From positions 1 through 26,948 of the forward strand of contig JAKLEF010000001.1 in the NCBI GenBank assembly GCA_022703195.1: 26,948 nt of DNA, written 5' to 3'. Of the stretch, positions 23,111 to 26,948 are shown piece by piece; within the stretch, counting starts at the first letter, position 1; each line of letters begins with the position of its first letter. A model generated the notes under the pieces. It was given only the letters and a program-made list of their open reading frames with translations. It searched no databases and was not told where the DNA came from. The DNA is from Candidatus Fermentibacterota bacterium (lineage in GTDB: Bacteria > Fermentibacterota > Fermentibacteria > Fermentibacterales > Fermentibacteraceae). The position numbers and the translations under genes are program-made.

Positions 23111-23808
23111 GCGAGTCCGCCGAAGCGTCTCTGCCGCGCCGAGTAGACCCTCAGGGCCTCGTCGAGGTGCTCCTTCCTGAAGTCGGGCCACAGCACCTCC
23201 GGAAAGTGGAACTCGGAGTAGGCGCTCTGCCAGAGCAGGAAGTTGGAGATCCTCTGCTCGCCGCTGGTCCTGATGACGAGATCGGGGTCGGGCACGTCGG
23301 GCAGGTAGAGCCTCCGCGAGATCGCCTCCTCGTCGACGGCCGACGGATCGAGGGCACCCGAGGCGACCTCTGCGGCTATCCTGCGGGCCGCGTCGGCGAG
23401 TTCCGCCCGGCCTCCGTAGTTGAGCGCGAGGATGAGCTGCAGGCCTCCGTTGCCCTCGGTGCGCCGTATGGCCGATAGGAGGTCGCTGCGCGGCCCTGCC
23501 GGCAGGCCTTCCAGCCTGCCCATGGCCCTTATCCTGACGTCCTTGCGTTCGAGTTCCTCGAGGTTGCGCCTTATGAACGAGCGCAGGAGGCTCATGATGA
23601 GAGAGACCTCGGCCCTGGGGCGGCTCCAGTTCTCGGTGGAGAAGGCGAAGAGCGTGAGGTGGCCGACTCCGTTCTCGCCGCACCATTCCACGGCCTGGTG
23701 GATCGAGGTCTCGGCGGCCCTGTGCCCCTCGGTCCTGGCGAGCCCCCGGCTCCGGGCCCACCGCCCGTTGCCGTCCATCACGATAGCTATGTGGACCGGA
23801 GGGTTCAA
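23107..23808 (-). CDS. uppS: Undecaprenyl diphosphate synthase
   Basis: 233 aa; HIAIVMDGNGRWA, FSTENWSRP, NYGGR, DLVIRTSGEQRISNFLLWQ. Confidence 0.96.
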   Translation of the reverse strand: MNPPVHIAIVMDGNGRWARSRGLARTEGHRAAETSIHQAVEWCGENGVGHLTLFAFSTENWSRPRAEVSLIMSLLRSFIRRNLEELERKDVRIRAMGRLEGLPAGPRSDLLSAIRRTEGNGGLQLILALNYGGRAELADAARRIAAEVASGALDPSAVDEEAISRRLYLPDVPDPDLVIRTSGEQRISNFLLWQSAYSEFHFPEVLWPDFRKEHLDEALRVYSARQRRFGGLA

Positions 23809-23809
23809 C

Positions 23810-24364
23810 CTAGACCTCCGTGATCTCCTCTTCCTTCGCCTTGAGGATGCGGTCGATCTCGGAGACGGAGCCGTCGGCCACCTTCTGGACCTCCTCGAGC
23901 AGCCTCTTCTCCTCGTCCTCGGAGACCTCGCCGTTCTTCCGCGCCTTGTGGACGGCGTCGTTCCCGTCCCTCCTGAGGTTCCTGACCGCGGTCCTGCCCT
24001 CCTCGGCCATCCGGCGGACCATCTTGAGCAGGTCCTTCCGCCTCTCCTCCGAGAGCTTGGGGATCGGGATGCGGATCACCTGTCCGTCGATCGCGGCCCT
24101 GAGGCCCAGCTCGCTGGACTCCACGGCCTTCACGATGGCGGCCGCGGTGGACTGGTCCCAGGGCTGGATCACCAGCATCCTCGGCTCGGGGGCCGATATT
24201 CCCGCGACCTGCCTGAGAGGCATGGCCGAACCCCAGCATTCCACCCTGATGTTGTCGAGGAGTGCGGGGCTGGCCTTGCCCGTCCTGATGCCGGTCATCT
24301 CGCGGGACGTGTTGGTGACCGTCTTCTCCATCTTCTGGCGGATCTCGTCGTTCAGTCCTGACAT
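23810..24364 (-). CDS. frr: Ribosome recycling factor
   Basis: 184 aa from ATG 24364; IRTGKASPALLD, IQPWD, IPKLSEERRKDL, RNLRRD, KAKEEEI. Confidence 0.96.
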   Translation of the reverse strand: MSGLNDEIRQKMEKTVTNTSREMTGIRTGKASPALLDNIRVECWGSAMPLRQVAGISAPEPRMLVIQPWDQSTAAAIVKAVESSELGLRAAIDGQVIRIPIPKLSEERRKDLLKMVRRMAEEGRTAVRNLRRDGNDAVHKARKNGEVSEDEEKRLLEEVQKVADGSVSEIDRILKAKEEEITEV

Positions 24365-25083
24365 TCCAGCGACCCCTCTCCTACGAGCGTGCCCGTGGAA
24401 CCGTCCCGCAGGGCCCTTGAGACGCCGGCGGGATCCGTTGAGTCGAAGACGAGGAACGGCAGCGAGTTGTCCCTGCAGACCGCCACGGCCGCCGCATCCA
24501 TCACGCCGAGCCCCCTCGAGAGGACCTCGTCCCAGGAGAGCCGCGCGAAGCGCCTGGCCCCGGGATGGAGCTTCGGATCCATGTCGTAAACGCCGTCGAC
24601 CTTTGTTCCCTTGAGGAGCAGCCTGCACCCGGTCTGGACGGCCCTGAGCGCCGCGGCCGTGTCTGTCGAGAGGTACGGGTTGCCGGTGCCGCCCGCGTAG
24701 ATCGCGATGGCCCCGGAATCGAGGACGCGGGACGCCTCGTCGTGAGAGTAGGTGGTGAGGCCCTGCACCGCGAAGGCCGTGAGCACCGACGCGCGTCCGC
24801 CGGCCTTCTCGACCGCGTCCTGCATGGCGATTGCGTTGATGACGGTGGCCAGCATCCCCATCGAGTCGGCCCTGTTCCGGGAGATGGAGGCGGCGGCAAC
24901 GCCTCTAATGACGTTGCCGCCGCCGATCACGACTCCGAGGCTCCAGCCCTCGCGGGCGACCTTCACGAGCTCGCCCGCGTAGGCGGCTAGGGCTGCGGGA
25001 TCGAGGCCTGATCCCCGGCCGCCGGCGAGCAGCTCACCGCTCAGCTTGAGAAGGATCCTCCCGGACGGAGGGTCCCCCGCCAT
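24352..25083 (-). CDS. pyrH: Uridylate kinase
   Basis: 243 aa; LLKLSGE, GGGN, DSMGMLAT, GTGNPYLSTDTAA, DGVYDMDP, VMDAAA. Confidence 0.96.
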   Translation of the reverse strand: MAGDPPSGRILLKLSGELLAGGRGSGLDPAALAAYAGELVKVAREGWSLGVVIGGGNVIRGVAAASISRNRADSMGMLATVINAIAMQDAVEKAGGRASVLTAFAVQGLTTYSHDEASRVLDSGAIAIYAGGTGNPYLSTDTAAALRAVQTGCRLLLKGTKVDGVYDMDPKLHPGARRFARLSWDEVLSRGLGVMDAAAVAVCRDNSLPFLVFDSTDPAGVSRALRDGSTGTLVGEGSLECQD

Positions 25084-25084
25084 G

Positions 25085-25678
25085 TCAGGAACCTATCTGG
25101 AAGCGGGCGAAGCGTCTGATCACGACGTTCTCCCCGATCTTCGCGACCAGGGCCTTCCTCACGTCGGCCACCTTGCCGGCGGATGCGTCGTGTATCCACT
25201 CCTGGTCGAGGAGGCAGGCCTCCTCGAAATACTTCTCGAGCCTTCCCTCGACGATCTTCTCGATGATCGCCTCGGGCTTGCCGGTCTCGCGGAGCTGGGC
25301 CCTGTAGATCTCCTTCTCGCCCTCGACCGTCTCGGGGGGGATGTCCTCCCTGCTGACGGCCACGGGCTCGAATGCCGCGATCTGCATCGCGACCTGCCTG
25401 CAGAAGGTCTGGAACTCGGCGGTCCTGGCGACGAAGTCGGTCTCGCAGTTCAGCTCGAGCAGGACACCGTGCTGGCTGCCCTCCAGGTACGAGGTGACCA
25501 GCCCATTGCTGGCGGTGCGCTCGGCGCGCTTGGTGACGCCCTTGGCGCCGTGGACGCGCAGGATCTCCACCGCCTTCTCGAAGTCGCCCTCGGCTTCCTC
25601 GAGGGCCTTCTTGCAGTCCAGGACTCCGCCGCCGCTGATCTGCCTCAGCTCCTTGACCATGCTGGCATCTATGTTCAT
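25085..25678 (-). CDS. tsf: Elongation factor Ts (short form)
   Basis: 197 aa from ATG 25678 (ATGA overlap with rpsB); VKELR..DCKKAL, ELNCETDFVA, IVEGRL, ENVVIRRFARF. Confidence 0.96.
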   Translation of the reverse strand: MNIDASMVKELRQISGGGVLDCKKALEEAEGDFEKAVEILRVHGAKGVTKRAERTASNGLVTSYLEGSQHGVLLELNCETDFVARTAEFQTFCRQVAMQIAAFEPVAVSREDIPPETVEGEKEIYRAQLRETGKPEAIIEKIVEGRLEKYFEEACLLDQEWIHDASAGKVADVRKALVAKIGENVVIRRFARFQIGS

Positions 25679-26418
25679 TCGGCTTCTTCCTTTCCTTCGG
25701 CCTCGGCCGGCCTGCCCGCCGCCCGGACCGGATCCCTGCCCTCGTTGCCCAGCAGGCATGCATCCGCCAGGGTGCCCACGAGGAGGGATATCGACTTGAT
25801 CGCGTCGTCGTTGGCAGGGATGGGATAGTCGACTTCGTGCGGGTTGCAGTTGGTGTCGACGAGCCCGATGCAGGGGATGCCCAGCCGCTTCGATTCGAGG
25901 ACGGCTATGTGCTCCTTCTTGATGTCGACGACTATGACCGCGCCGGGGAGGTCCCTCATCGACCTGATGCCGCTGAGGTACTTTGCCAGCTTTTCCTGTT
26001 CGCGGGACTTCTGCAGCAGCTCGCGCTTGGTGAACCTGGCGGCCGAGCCGTCCTTCTCGAAGGCTTCGAGCTCCTCCAGCCTGAGCACGCTCTTGCGCAC
26101 TGTGGCGAAGTTGGTGAGGGTGCCGCCGAGCCAGCGCTCGGTCATGCTGTGCTGCCCGCACCTCTCGGCGTGCTCCCTGACGCACTCGCGGCCCTGCTTC
26201 TTGGTGGCCACGAACAGGATGCTCCTGCCGGAGGAGACCGTGCGGGTGACCAGGTTGACGGCCTCTTCGAGGGTGGAGCGGGTCTTCTCGAGGTCGATGA
26301 TATGGATCCCGCCGCGGGCCATGAAGATGAACGGCTTCATGGCGGGGTTCCACCTCTTGACCTGGTGGCCGAAGTGCACTCCGGCCTCGAGCATATCGGG
26401 CGTGCTGGGAATCTTCAC
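25675..26418 (-). CDS. rpsB: 30S ribosomal protein S2
   Basis: 247 aa from probable GTG 26418 (AAAGGA upstream); MLEAGVHFGH, WNPAMKPFI, RWLGGTLTN, VDTNCNP, IPANDDAIKSI. Confidence 0.96.
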   Translation of the reverse strand: MKIPSTPDMLEAGVHFGHQVKRWNPAMKPFIFMARGGIHIIDLEKTRSTLEEAVNLVTRTVSSGRSILFVATKKQGRECVREHAERCGQHSMTERWLGGTLTNFATVRKSVLRLEELEAFEKDGSAARFTKRELLQKSREQEKLAKYLSGIRSMRDLPGAVIVVDIKKEHIAVLESKRLGIPCIGLVDTNCNPHEVDYPIPANDDAIKSISLLVGTLADACLLGNEGRDPVRAAGRPAEAEGKEEAE

Positions 26419-26521
26419 CTGAGGGATCCTTTCGGTTGATCCGCCGGCGGTCCCCCGTGCCGTCCGGAGATACGGACACCGTGGCACGGCTTCTCCCGCC
26501 GTGTGTGATATCCGGAAGTCC

Positions 26522-26555
26522 GCCGCCGGGGCCGGACGAAGCCGGCCCCGGCGGC
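26522..26555. terminator. Perfect GC hairpin after rpsI
   Basis: 14-bp perfect stem GCCGCCGGGGCCGG / CCGGCCCCGGCGGC with 6-nt loop, 10 nt after the rpsI stop; no U-tract. Confidence 0.55.
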
Positions 26556-26565
26556 AGGCGCCGGG

Positions 26566-26948
26566 TTAACGCTTGGAGAACTGGAAGCGCTTGCGGGCCT
26601 TCTTCTGCCCGTACTTCTTGCGCTCCACCTCCCTGGGATCGCGGCTGAGCATGCCCTGTGACTTCAGGGAATGCCTGAATTCCGGATTCATGGAGACGAA
26701 GGCCCTTGCTATGCCGAGCCTGATCGCCCCGGCCTGTCCCGTGAGGCCGCCTCCGGCCACGTTGATCACGAGGTCGAAGGAATCGCGGCCCTTCACTATA
26801 TCCAGGGGCTCGAGCGCGTGCTCGAGCTGCCAGAGATCGCAGAAGAACTCGGCCGGCTCCCTGTGGTTTATCACGACGAGCCCGCGTCCGGGTCTGAGGT
26901 AGCACCTGGCGGTAGCCGTCTTCCGCCTGCCCACACCTATGTACTGCT
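26566..26948 (-). CDS. rpsI: 30S ribosomal protein S9 (start lies beyond the window)
   Basis: Frame open to the window edge (QYIGVGRRKTATAR); GGGLTGQAGAIRLGIARA, RDPREVERKKYG..KARKRFQFSKR. Confidence 0.96.
   Translation of the reverse strand, partial: QYIGVGRRKTATARCYLRPGRGLVVINHREPAEFFCDLWQLEHALEPLDIVKGRDSFDLVINVAGGGLTGQAGAIRLGIARAFVSMNPEFRHSLKSQGMLSRDPREVERKKYGQKKARKRFQFSKR

Noticed and set aside
21198-26905. Apparent long N-terminal extensions or fusions on dxr, cdsA, frr, tsf, rpsB (also deoC, lpoB, serA) in the ORF track
   Set aside because: Upstream parts are off-frame reads of the preceding gene; true starts coincide with ATGA/GTGA overlaps or RBSs and give normal lengths.

Overview
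A GC-rich (roughly two-thirds GC by eye) bacterial chromosomal window from an apparently anaerobic, outer-membrane-bearing organism. The rpsI-rpsB-tsf order and gene content would fit an FCB-related lineage such as Fermentibacterota, but this cannot be established from the window. Most genes lie on the minus strand. Right part: rpsI (partial)-rpsB-tsf-pyrH-frr-uppS-cdsA-dxr-rseP. Middle: a peptidase/propeller/Omp85-barrel protein, an FGE-like protein, LpoB-like and COG3014-like lipoproteins, deoC, uvrD/pcrA and a split transketolase. Left: a separately promoted operon of a serA-like dehydrogenase plus four uncharacterised membrane proteins (DUF6754-type cluster), a rubredoxin fusion, a TM1266-like protein, a TIGR02757 protein and tRNA-Phe. 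The plus strand at far left carries a GNAT and selD. Features the ORF track misses: (1) selD is one gene read through an in-frame UGA (selenocysteine) with a SECIS-like hairpin and an extra N-terminal Cys6/His2 domain; (2) a 193-bp low-GC element with perfect terminal inverted repeats supplies the selD stop codon beside tRNA-Phe; (3) a 61-bp-period array of palindromic units overlaps the tRNA promoter; (4) the transketolase gene junction is duplicated, creating a 28-codon relay ORF; (5) a 29-aa membrane microprotein ORF. The best candidate for an undescribed system is the four-gene membrane cluster at 4325-7946. Family names are recalled from memory and were not searched.
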